From positions 1 to 40,147 of the IMG/VR virus record IMGVR_UViG_3300042847_000018: a stretch of DNA of 40,147 bases. One strand, given 5' to 3'. The notes beneath the pieces are model-generated. The model saw only the letters and a program-made list of their open reading frames with translations, was not told where the DNA came from and searched no databases. Made by a program: the position numbers and the translations under genes. Position 1 is the stretch's first letter. The number at the start of each line of letters is the position of its first letter. Below are positions 8,567 to 16,238 of the stretch, in pieces. This DNA is from a virus. Lineage: Duplodnaviria > Caudoviricetes.

Positions 8567-10027
8567 CTAGTCCTCGACGGCGACCGCGTCGACGGGCACG
8601 TCGAACCCGGCACCGATGTCCACCGGCGGGGTCCCCGCGGCGATGAACAACTCGCGGGCGCGCCGCTCGAGCAGGTCGAGGACACCCTTGCGGGGCTTGA
8701 GGCCCCGGCCCCGGCCCTCCTCCTCGGCGCGCAGGAGCCGCAGGACCCGGGCCCGGGCGGGCACGGCGGGCAGGTCGGCGCGGATCTCGGGGATGCCACG
8801 GTCGACGAACGCGTAGTCGACGGGGTTGGGCCGGTCGGCGGACAGGTCGAGGGCCTCGGCCTCGCCGGCGGGTTCGGCGGTCGCCGGCCGGTCGGGGAAG
8901 GTGGTGCGCGTCCAGCCGTGGGGGGTGGCGGGCGGGTCGAGCGGTTCGGGGTCGTCGTCGTCGACGACGACGAGCTCGTCGTCGGGGCCGCTCGAGGGCG
9001 GGGTCGGGTCGAACGGGCCGGGCCCGGCGGCGGCCTCGACGAGGCCGGCGAGCTCGGAGAGGTAGGGGGCGAGGCGGGAGACGAGGCGGTCGCCGAGGGC
9101 GGCGGGGTCGGCGTCGAGGAGCCGGCGGGCCTCGGTGGGCGGGTCGGCGAGGGTGTCGGGGTAGCCGTCGTCGAGCTCGAGGACGGTCACGAGGATCGTT
9201 TCGATGCGCCGCCAGTCCTCGACGGCGGCCCATTCGTCGAACCCGTCCTCGTCGGGATGGGCGCCCATGTTGCCCGCGGCGATGGCGGCCTCGGCGTCGG
9301 GGAGGAGCTCGCCGACCCGGGTCGGTTCAGAGCGGTCGGGGGCACGGTCGGCGGCCTCGGCGCGCAGGGCGGCGGCCTCGGCGGCCAGGAGGCGGGTGTC
9401 CTCGTCGGCCTCGGTCCAGCGTTCGAGGGTCTCGCCGGTGTCGTCGTCGAGGACCTCGATGACTTGGGCGGTGTCGCCGGGGTCGGTGGCGCCGGGGTGG
9501 CGCATGAACCCGCCGATGGGGGCCCGCTCGGCGATGCCCAGGCCGGCCCAGTCGTCGGGCCACCGGCCCGTGGAGGTGTCGGAGAACCGCAGGATGACGG
9601 GGGCGAGGCGCGGGTCGAGGGGGATGCCGTGGAGGTCGGCGACCTCGGCCGGGGTGGCCACCACGCCGGAGGCGTCGGTGAGGACCCGCTCGCCGGCGGC
9701 GACCTCGGTGTCGACGACACCGGGGAGGGTGCCGGTGCCATCGGCGAGGGCCTGGCGGAGGCCGTTGACGAGGAGCTTGCCGCGCTCGGCGGGGATCTCG
9801 AACAGGTCCTTGGTGGCCAACCTCTCGCGGTAGACGAGGCCGTCCTTGGTCTCGAGGTGGCCGGCCTCGGTGACACGGGCCTCGACGACGAGGACGACGG
9901 TGTCGCCGATCTCATGGGCCGCGGTGGTCCGGTTCCCGGTGCCGGTGATGGCGGTGCGCATCCCGGTGGGGGTGACGCCGTGGTAGTCGGGGAGCGCGGG
10001 GAACGGGAGTTGCAACGTGTCGGCCAT
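8567..10027 (-). CDS. Large acidic hypothetical protein
   Basis: 486 aa, strong RBS gaggagg, D/E-rich, helical basic C-terminal domain. Confidence 0.75.
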   Translation of the reverse strand: MADTLQLPFPALPDYHGVTPTGMRTAITGTGNRTTAAHEIGDTVVLVVEARVTEAGHLETKDGLVYRERLATKDLFEIPAERGKLLVNGLRQALADGTGTLPGVVDTEVAAGERVLTDASGVVATPAEVADLHGIPLDPRLAPVILRFSDTSTGRWPDDWAGLGIAERAPIGGFMRHPGATDPGDTAQVIEVLDDDTGETLERWTEADEDTRLLAAEAAALRAEAADRAPDRSEPTRVGELLPDAEAAIAAGNMGAHPDEDGFDEWAAVEDWRRIETILVTVLELDDGYPDTLADPPTEARRLLDADPAALGDRLVSRLAPYLSELAGLVEAAAGPGPFDPTPPSSGPDDELVVVDDDDPEPLDPPATPHGWTRTTFPDRPATAEPAGEAEALDLSADRPNPVDYAFVDRGIPEIRADLPAVPARARVLRLLRAEEEGRGRGLKPRKGVLDLLERRARELFIAAGTPPVDIGAGFDVPVDAVAVED

Positions 10028-10046
10028 GGGTCGGCGGCCTCCTCGG

Positions 10047-10295
10047 TTAGCGGCGGGTGTCGAGTTGCTCGGCGCGGGCCCGGGAGACGCCGAGGCGGTC
10101 TCCGATCTCGGCCCACGTGAGGCCGTCGTCGCGGAGCTCCCGCACGACGGCGCCCCGGGCGCGGGCGATCCGACTCGTGAGCGCGCTGGCCTCGGTGCCT
10201 AACGCCTTGAGCTCGGAGAACCGACGGCGGGGGTCCTCGATGCGGAGAGCGGCCTCGAGGCGGTCCTCGAGAGTGACCAGTAGAGCGGCGGCCAC
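10047..10295 (-). CDS. Helix-turn-helix DNA-binding protein, first gene of early operon
   Basis: 'VRELRDDGLTWAEIGDRLGVSRARAEQL'; RBS gggagga. Confidence 0.85.
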   Translation of the reverse strand: MAAALLVTLEDRLEAALRIEDPRRRFSELKALGTEASALTSRIARARGAVVRELRDDGLTWAEIGDRLGVSRARAEQLDTRR

Positions 10296-10337
10296 GGGGG
10301 TCCTCCCCTTCCCGCCATGCTCGGCGGTGTGACGGGC

Positions 10338-10366
10338 ACGATAGGACCCTAAGGTCCCGTGTTCAA
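10338..10366 (-). promoter_or_regulatory. SigA-type promoter TTGAAC-N17-TATCGT with palindromic operator in the spacer
   Basis: Minus strand ttgaac acgggaccttagggtcc tatcgt; inverted repeat GGACC-N4-GGTCC at 10344-10357. Confidence 0.7.
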
Positions 10367-10418
10367 CGGGGGACTAGAAGAAAACTCGGGCCTCAATTTC
10401 GGCGCGGATTTAGCATCG

Positions 10419-10434
10419 GTTACCGCACGGTAAC
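10419..10434. promoter_or_regulatory. Palindrome GTTACCG-CA-CGGTAAC between lysis and early operons
   Basis: Perfect 7-bp arms in an AT-richer intergenic region. Confidence 0.4.
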
Positions 10435-10447
10435 GACGCCTTTTCGC

Positions 10448-10633
10448 CTAAGGGAGACAGGCCCCGGTGGCGTCGAGGAAGGCCCGGAACTCGGCGACTT
10501 GCCAGATGACGAACACGACGAGGCCGACGAGGGCGGCGAGGGTGATGATGAATCCCCAGAGGAGCCAGGTGTCGCGTCGCGGCGCCCGACCGAGGTCGGC
10601 GGCGAGGGCCAGGGGGTCGGGGTCATCGGCCAC
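10448..10633 (-). CDS. Small membrane protein (lysis cassette)
   Basis: One TM 'WLLWGFIITLAALVGLVVFVIW'. Confidence 0.6.
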   Translation of the reverse strand: MADDPDPLALAADLGRAPRRDTWLLWGFIITLAALVGLVVFVIWQVAEFRAFLDATGACLP

Positions 10634-10901
10634 GGCGGGCCTCCTCGCATTCGGCGAGCTCGGCCTTGACCCGCTCGGTGTTGAGCAGCGCCGCCCGTTC
10701 GCGCTCGAGGGCGACGTCGCGGTCGTCGAGGGCCCGGGTCTCGCGGGCGACGGCCAGGTCGACGGCGGCCCGGGAGAGCTCGTCGCGGCGTTCGTCATTC
10801 TCGCGCTGGCGGCGGAACAGGCCGACGGAGAACGCGGTGAGGAGGCCGAACATGCCGGCGCCGATGGCGGTCTCGCCGGGGAGGTCGACCGCTAGGAGCA
10901 C
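10623..10901 (-). CDS. Membrane-anchored coiled-coil protein (lysis cassette)
   Basis: N-terminal TM then charged helical stretch; follows endolysin. Confidence 0.6.
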   Translation of the reverse strand: MLLAVDLPGETAIGAGMFGLLTAFSVGLFRRQRENDERRDELSRAAVDLAVARETRALDDRDVALERERAALLNTERVKAELAECEEARRGR

Positions 10902-10927
10902 GGCGTGGAGGTCCGTGTCATTCCCCT

Positions 10928-11803
10928 TCAGGACCCGTCGACCTTATGGCGGGGGACCTCGGTGAGCAGCGCGAGGAACCCGTCATTGGTACCGAGGTCC
11001 TTGGCGCCCATATACAGGAATCCGCCGAGCTCGTCGGGGCTCAAATGTCTCTTGAACAAACCCCAACAGGCGAACTTCCGACCGTCGCTATGGCCACAAA
11101 CAACAGTCATATCGTCCTCCTCGTCGGGAGATTCGTCGCCGAGGTAGGCCCGGGCGATGCGTTCCACGCGGTCGGCGTCGAGGCGGCCCGGGTCCCAATG
11201 GGCGTTTTCGGGACAGTGTTGGTGGCCCATGAACCCGTTGAACGACTCGAACGCGGCGGCGCTCACTCGTTGCGGTGCGTCGTAGCGGGCGAGGACGATG
11301 CCCTCGTTGGCGCCGTAGAAGTGGGGGTGTTGTGACAGGTCGAGCGAGATGCCGGCTTTCACGAGGTCGGCGAGCCATTTCGCGAGGGCGTCGATTTCGG
11401 CGTCGGTGAAGTCGTCGTTGGCGTAGCCGCATATCTCGACCTGAATCACCGGGCCGCTACGGTTCGTGTCGGCGCCGCCGGCCTTGTTCTCGAGCGTGTA
11501 GGCGCCGACGTTGAGCGGGAGGAGTTGCACGTACCGGCGGCCGTCGGCGAGGAAATGCGGGAGGCCGCGGCCCCAGTTGTTCCGGCCGCGCCAGAGGTTG
11601 CGGATGCTGGCGTAGGACCCGCGTGGGCTCTCGGTCGTGTGGATCACGACGTGCGGGTTGCCGGGGGTGACGGACAGGCCGGCGCCGGCCTCGAGGTCGT
11701 GCTCGTAGCCGGGGAGCAGGACAGGCGCGGCCTGTTGGGTGGCCCGCGGTTCGTCGTCGGGCGGGCGTTCCTCGACCGGGTCGGGGCCCATCGGCGCCGT
11801 CAC
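10928..11803 (-). CDS. Endolysin, N-acetylmuramoyl-L-alanine amidase
   Basis: 'VVIHTTES', 'PHF', 'IQVEICG', 'GHQHCPENAHWDPG' Zn-amidase motifs. Confidence 0.85.
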   Translation of the reverse strand: MTAPMGPDPVEERPPDDEPRATQQAAPVLLPGYEHDLEAGAGLSVTPGNPHVVIHTTESPRGSYASIRNLWRGRNNWGRGLPHFLADGRRYVQLLPLNVGAYTLENKAGGADTNRSGPVIQVEICGYANDDFTDAEIDALAKWLADLVKAGISLDLSQHPHFYGANEGIVLARYDAPQRVSAAAFESFNGFMGHQHCPENAHWDPGRLDADRVERIARAYLGDESPDEEDDMTVVCGHSDGRKFACWGLFKRHLSPDELGGFLYMGAKDLGTNDGFLALLTEVPRHKVDGS

Positions 11804-12135
11804 CTCAGGGGAACCGGCGGCGGGCTGATGGGGCCGGCGTCGGCGGCCAGCATGGAGGCCGAGGTCGGTTGGCCGACGAGGCCGGCGACGAGGACCTTGA
11901 TGAGTTGGAACGCGGCGATGCCGGCGGCCCGGGCGGCCTCGCGGCCGGCGTCCTGCCAGTTGGCGGCGTCGGCGGCGAGGTTGCCGGCGAGCGCGCCGGC
12001 GCCGACGATGATCGCGGTGGCGATGACGCGCTCGGCCGCGTCCCGGGCCCAGGCGGCGGTGAAGCGGCGCCCGGACCCGGGATCGGACCCGGCGGGGTCC
12101 GGTGGTGGTGCGGCCGGGTCGAGGGGATCGGTCAC
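11800..12135 (-). CDS. Holin (r1t-like)
   Basis: 'FTAAWARDAAERVIAT...NWQDA...QPTSASM' with hydrophobic helices, directly upstream of endolysin. Confidence 0.7.
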   Translation of the reverse strand: MTDPLDPAAPPPDPAGSDPGSGRRFTAAWARDAAERVIATAIIVGAGALAGNLAADAANWQDAGREAARAAGIAAFQLIKVLVAGLVGQPTSASMLAADAGPISPPPVPLR

Positions 12136-12263
12136 TGGCCGGGCTCGTCCTCGCCGGACTGGCCCGGGCTCGGGTAGTCGGGCTCGACCGGTGTCACCGG
12201 TTCGGGCGGGATGGTGCCGGTGTCGCCGTCGGGATCCTCGGGTGGGGTGTACGGGTCGCTCAT
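12132..12263 (-). CDS. Small acidic Pro-rich peptide (43 aa)
   Basis: MSDPYTPPEDPDGDTGTIPPEPVTPVEPDYPSPGQSGEDEPGQ, RBS aggag, GTGA overlap with holin. Confidence 0.55.
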   Translation of the reverse strand: MSDPYTPPEDPDGDTGTIPPEPVTPVEPDYPSPGQSGEDEPGQ

Positions 12264-12283
12264 GGCGGTTCTCCTGTCCGGGG

Positions 12284-12520
12284 TTAGGAGTCGGCGGCCT
12301 TGTGGCCGGCGGACGAGGAGCGGGCCTTGTGGCCGGCCTCGCCGGCGGCGTGCTCGGCGGCCTTGGGATCCTGGTCGGCCTCCGCCCAGGGCACCGTGCC
12401 GCGGGTGGTGCCGCCGTGGAGCTCGGTCTCGGCGGCCATGCGTTCGTTCTCGGCGGCCTGGCCCTCCTCGCGGAGCTTGTCGCGGTCCATGTCCGCCGGC
12501 TTCTCGACGTTCTTAGCCAT
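12284..12520 (-). CDS. Small hydrophilic protein (78 aa)
   Basis: MAKNVEKPADMDRDK..., RBS aagggag, own TACCGT -10-like element at 12566-12561. Confidence 0.6.
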   Translation of the reverse strand: MAKNVEKPADMDRDKLREEGQAAENERMAAETELHGGTTRGTVPWAEADQDPKAAEHAAGEAGHKARSSSAGHKAADS

Positions 12521-12593
12521 GGTGCTCGTCTCCCTTGGTGACGGAGGGTGCCGGGCGCCCACGGTAGCGACCGGGACCCGCGAGGTGGCGGTT

Positions 12594-13292
12594 TCAGGTG
12601 GGCGGGTAGTAGCGCCACCCAGGCGGCGGGGGCGCGACGTAGGCGACGTCGAACGATTCGGGGGTGACGTTGACGGGTTCGGCGGACCCGCGGGTGCCGG
12701 CGACGAGCGCGAGCCAGGACCCGGCGGGGAGCGGGCCGACGGCGGCCCGGGCGAGGAGGGCGTTGGCCCGGTTGACCTCGGGGGGGTGCGGGTCGTAGAC
12801 GTCGTCGTCCCAACCGGACCATCCGGCGATGAGTTGGGCGTTGTGGGCGTCGTAGACCCAGAGGAACACGTGGGGGATGGTGGTGGCGCCCGGGCCGCGG
12901 GTGACGGACACGAACGCGGACAGCGAGTAGGTGCCGTCGCGGGGCAGGACGACGGCGTAGGTGCGGTCGGGGTCGTAGCCGGGGTCGGCCGGCCAGTCGT
13001 TCGGGCCGATGAGGACCGTGTCAGGGTTCTCGTAGCTGGCTTCACCGAGGGCGACGCCGTAGATGCCGGGCGGGATCGTTTTCGTGGGGCCGCCCAGGCT
13101 GGTCGCCCAGCGCAGGCCGTCGGTTTCACCGCCGGGGGTGCCGAACCGGTCGGCGAGGTGGTTGAGCTCGGCGGCGCTCATGCCTTTGGTCGCGGGTTCC
13201 CAGGTGCCGGCGCGCCGTTCGACGTCCCAGAGCCGGCCCTTGAGGTCGCGGACCATGGGGCCGACGGCGGGCGGGGTGCGGGGGCGGGACAT
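12594..13292 (-). CDS. Minor tail protein
   Basis: 'MVRDLKGRLWDVERR' coiled N-terminus and beta-rich C-terminus; position after Gp37-like gene. Confidence 0.6.
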   Translation of the reverse strand: MSRPRTPPAVGPMVRDLKGRLWDVERRAGTWEPATKGMSAAELNHLADRFGTPGGETDGLRWATSLGGPTKTIPPGIYGVALGEASYENPDTVLIGPNDWPADPGYDPDRTYAVVLPRDGTYSLSAFVSVTRGPGATTIPHVFLWVYDAHNAQLIAGWSGWDDDVYDPHPPEVNRANALLARAAVGPLPAGSWLALVAGTRGSAEPVNVTPESFDVAYVAPPPPGWRYYPPT

Positions 13293-13293
13293 C

Positions 13294-15042
13294 TCAGGCC
13301 TCCCGGTTGAGGGTGAGCTCGACGCCGTTGTCGGGGTTGAGGACGAGGCGGACGATGCGGTAGGCGCCGGCGATGGTGAGCGCGGCCCGGCGGACCCGCA
13401 CCTCGACGAGGTCGCCGGGGAACACGCGGGCGAACAGGCCGGCGGCGGCGGCGGCGGGGAGGGCGACGGTGAGGGTGTGCGGGTCGACGGTGGTGGCCAG
13501 CATGGCGGCGGCGACGTCGTCGAGGCGGACGGGCGGGGTGGCGGCGGGCGCGGTGAGCACGCTTTGCAGGGTGAGGCCGCCGGCGAACGCAGTGACGTCG
13601 AGGGCGTGGCCCTCGGGTTGGCCGGGCCCGGTGTCGGAACCGGAGCCGATGACGGTGACGGCGGAGGCGGCGTTCTCGCCGTCGTAGGCCCAGGAGATGC
13701 CGGCGAGGTTGCGGCCGAGCTCGAGCACGAGGGGCGTGGCCCGGGCCCGGCGCGGCGACGCGATGGTGACGTTGCGGCCATGGGGGGTGACGTCGAGCCA
13801 GTAGTCGAGGAGGCCCTCTTTGGCGAGGGCGTCGAGGGCCTCGGTGATGCGCAGGCGTGTCGAGTAGGGGTAGCGGCGGTCGACGCGGACACCGGTGGGG
13901 GCGTTGGCGGCGCCGAGGTTGAGCGGCGACTGGCCGAGGCCGGGGTCCTGGCTATGGGCGACGAGGCCGGCGACGAGCTCGGCGGTGTCGGCCCGGTAGA
14001 ACTCGAGGGCCTCGTCGACCCAGAGGCCGGCGTGCGCCCAGAGGACGGCGCCGACGCGGCCCGATAGGCGGGCGTGCACGGTTTCGGTGGCGTTGGGGGA
14101 GACGTGCACGGTGCAACGGTGCCGGACCCAGGTGTCGACGGGATGGTCGTCGCCGAACGAGGAGCGGGCGACGGCCTGGCGCCAGTCGCCGACGAGGGAC
14201 CATGCCCAGTAGAGATTGCCGAACCCGGCCGGCGGGACCGGGGCGCCGGAGATGGGAAGGACCTCGTTGCGGTAGTCGGCCGGGACCCGGACGAGCTCGA
14301 CGCCTATGTCGGGGTCATCCGCGGAGGAGGCGCCGGCGGGCGCCCAGGCGTAGGCGTCGAGGGCGACGTCGGCCCCGAATGGGCCGGCGGTCACGGTGAT
14401 CTCTTGGAACGCGAACAGGTGGGTGACGTTGTCGGGTTGGAACATCTCGAGCGAGCGGGGTTCGTCCTCGTGGCCGAGGCCGGCGTTGACGATGACGTAG
14501 GCGGCCGAGTCGGGGCCGGTGAGCACGAAGTTGGGGTGCGACACGAGGACAGACCATCCGTCGATGCCGGCGGAGAACGTCGGGTTGGTGAGCCGGTTGG
14601 GGAGCTCGGTGCCGATGAGGCGATGGTCGAGGTACCAGAGGGCATCCGCGCAGGACAGGGTCAGGCGGTCGCCGTCGGTGGACGGGGACACGATGGGGCC
14701 TTGCGTGATGAGCCAGTCACCGGCCCAGAGTTGAACCTCGCGGAAGCGTTGGCCGAGCGCGAGCGGGGCCTTGGCGTCGTCGAGGGCCATGGTGAGCGTC
14801 CACGTGGTGGGCCGGTTGAGCTCGAACACGATGGGCCCGTGCACGGCGCCGTCGAGCTCGGCGATGCCGTTTCCCCAGACATCGCACAGACGGGTCCGGC
14901 GGTCGAGGCCGGCGGGAGCGGCGGGGGTGGCCGAGGCGGTGACGGTGACCCGGGCCCGGCCGGCGAGGCCGACGACGGTGTCGGGGCCGAGGCCGGCGGT
15001 GGCGTCGACGTCGACGGTGGCGGCGGCGGCCAGGTCGCTCAT
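13294..15042 (-). CDS. Minor tail / baseplate hub protein (Gp37-like) with inserted carbohydrate-binding-like domain
   Basis: 'FELNRPTTWTLTM', 'LWYLDHRLIG', 'NRLTNPTFSAGIDGW', 'FPGDLVEVRV...YRIVRLVL'. Confidence 0.7.
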   Translation of the reverse strand: MSDLAAAATVDVDATAGLGPDTVVGLAGRARVTVTASATPAAPAGLDRRTRLCDVWGNGIAELDGAVHGPIVFELNRPTTWTLTMALDDAKAPLALGQRFREVQLWAGDWLITQGPIVSPSTDGDRLTLSCADALWYLDHRLIGTELPNRLTNPTFSAGIDGWSVLVSHPNFVLTGPDSAAYVIVNAGLGHEDEPRSLEMFQPDNVTHLFAFQEITVTAGPFGADVALDAYAWAPAGASSADDPDIGVELVRVPADYRNEVLPISGAPVPPAGFGNLYWAWSLVGDWRQAVARSSFGDDHPVDTWVRHRCTVHVSPNATETVHARLSGRVGAVLWAHAGLWVDEALEFYRADTAELVAGLVAHSQDPGLGQSPLNLGAANAPTGVRVDRRYPYSTRLRITEALDALAKEGLLDYWLDVTPHGRNVTIASPRRARATPLVLELGRNLAGISWAYDGENAASAVTVIGSGSDTGPGQPEGHALDVTAFAGGLTLQSVLTAPAATPPVRLDDVAAAMLATTVDPHTLTVALPAAAAAGLFARVFPGDLVEVRVRRAALTIAGAYRIVRLVLNPDNGVELTLNREA

Positions 15043-15428
15043 GCGATGGTGAGCTCGAGGTCGCCGGGAGCGAGCGTAAGGGACGATCCCGCGGCGGTGG
15101 TGCGGGCGGAGGTGAGCGCACCGACGAGGATGACGTGGTTCGGGTCGGTGCCGCCGGCGCGGTCGGCGATCGCGAAGTGGGTCCATGTCCCGGCGGGCAT
15201 GTTGTTGAACGTGACGGGTTCCTCGTTGGTGCCGGCGCCGTCGACGCCGTCGGCCATCACGAGCGGCTGGCCGGCGTAGGACCCGCCGGCGGCCTCGTCG
15301 TCGAACACGGGCGGGTCGAGGCCCGGGTCGGCGGAGAACAGTCGGAGGAAGATGGCCTCGGCGTGCATCCAATTCTCGTGGCAGATGGCCTCGTAGAGCT
15401 TGGTGCGCCAGACGGTGGTGAGGTTCAC
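15039..15428 (-). CDS. Small tail protein
   Basis: 'LRLFSADPG...SYAGQ...TWTHFAIAD...GALTSARTTAAGSSLTLAPGDLELTI'. Confidence 0.7.
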   Translation of the reverse strand: MNLTTVWRTKLYEAICHENWMHAEAIFLRLFSADPGLDPPVFDDEAAGGSYAGQPLVMADGVDGAGTNEEPVTFNNMPAGTWTHFAIADRAGGTDPNHVILVGALTSARTTAAGSSLTLAPGDLELTIA

Positions 15429-15443
15429 GGCGGGCGGGTCTCC

Positions 15444-16238
15444 TCAGGTGTAGGCGGGCCGGGCGGACCATGCGAGGGACGCGATGCCGGCGAACGCGAG
15501 GACGTTGGGCCCGGGCAGGAGGCGGGGCCAGGTGGAGGCGCCGTCGAGCTCGCCGTAGCGGTCGGTGCCCGCGGTCGTGGTCACGGTGCGGGCGTAGAGG
15601 TCGACGAGACGGGTGGCGCCCGCGGCAAGGGGGACGGCCCAGGCGACGAGGCGGCCGGCGTCGGTGGTCGACGTGATGACGGGCGCGGCGCCGTTGCCGA
15701 CGAGCTCGAGGATGACGGCCCGGGTCGGCCAGTCGCCGGCGAGACGGATCCGGGCGGGGCTGGCGGTGGTGGTGCCCTCGACGGGGGCGCCGTAGCCGAG
15801 GGGGTCGAGGGCGTCGAACCGGGCAAGCGCGGCGACCTCGCCGGCGCGGAGGAGCTCGAGGTCCTCGACGAGACCGCGGGGCCGGCCCCGGTAGGTGAGG
15901 GTCTCGTCGTCGTCGGTGAGGCCGGGGAGGCGGAGGTCGAGGTCGTCGAGGTCGACGGCGTTGGGGACGAACGCGGCCTTGAGGTCGCGCAGGAGACTCA
16001 TGGCGCCGGCGGGGGAGCGGGCGTGCATGGCGAGGGGGAGGTGCAGGGTGCGCGGCGGGAGGGTGTCGAGGCCGGGCACGGAGCCGCCCTCGCCGATGAG
16101 GGCGAGGTCGGTGGTGCGCGGTTCGAGGGCGCCGAGGCCGCCGATGGGTCCGGTGAGGTCGTAGTCGGTGCCGGCGCCGAGGGTGAGGCCGCGCAGGCGG
16201 GCTTGCCATCGCTCGAGGGAGGGGGCGGCGAGGGTCAT
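15444..16238 (-). CDS. Distal tail protein (Dit)
   Basis: Immediately after tape measure; 'ARFDALDPLGYG', 'WPRLLPGPNVL...WSARPAY'. Confidence 0.8.
   Translation of the reverse strand: MTLAAPSLERWQARLRGLTLGAGTDYDLTGPIGGLGALEPRTTDLALIGEGGSVPGLDTLPPRTLHLPLAMHARSPAGAMSLLRDLKAAFVPNAVDLDDLDLRLPGLTDDDETLTYRGRPRGLVEDLELLRAGEVAALARFDALDPLGYGAPVEGTTTASPARIRLAGDWPTRAVILELVGNGAAPVITSTTDAGRLVAWAVPLAAGATRLVDLYARTVTTTAGTDRYGELDGASTWPRLLPGPNVLAFAGIASLAWSARPAYT

Noticed and set aside
10419-10434. Chromosomal parS, dif or LexA box
   Set aside because: Does not match TGTTTCACGTGAAACA, dif or CGAAC-N4-GTTCG consensus.
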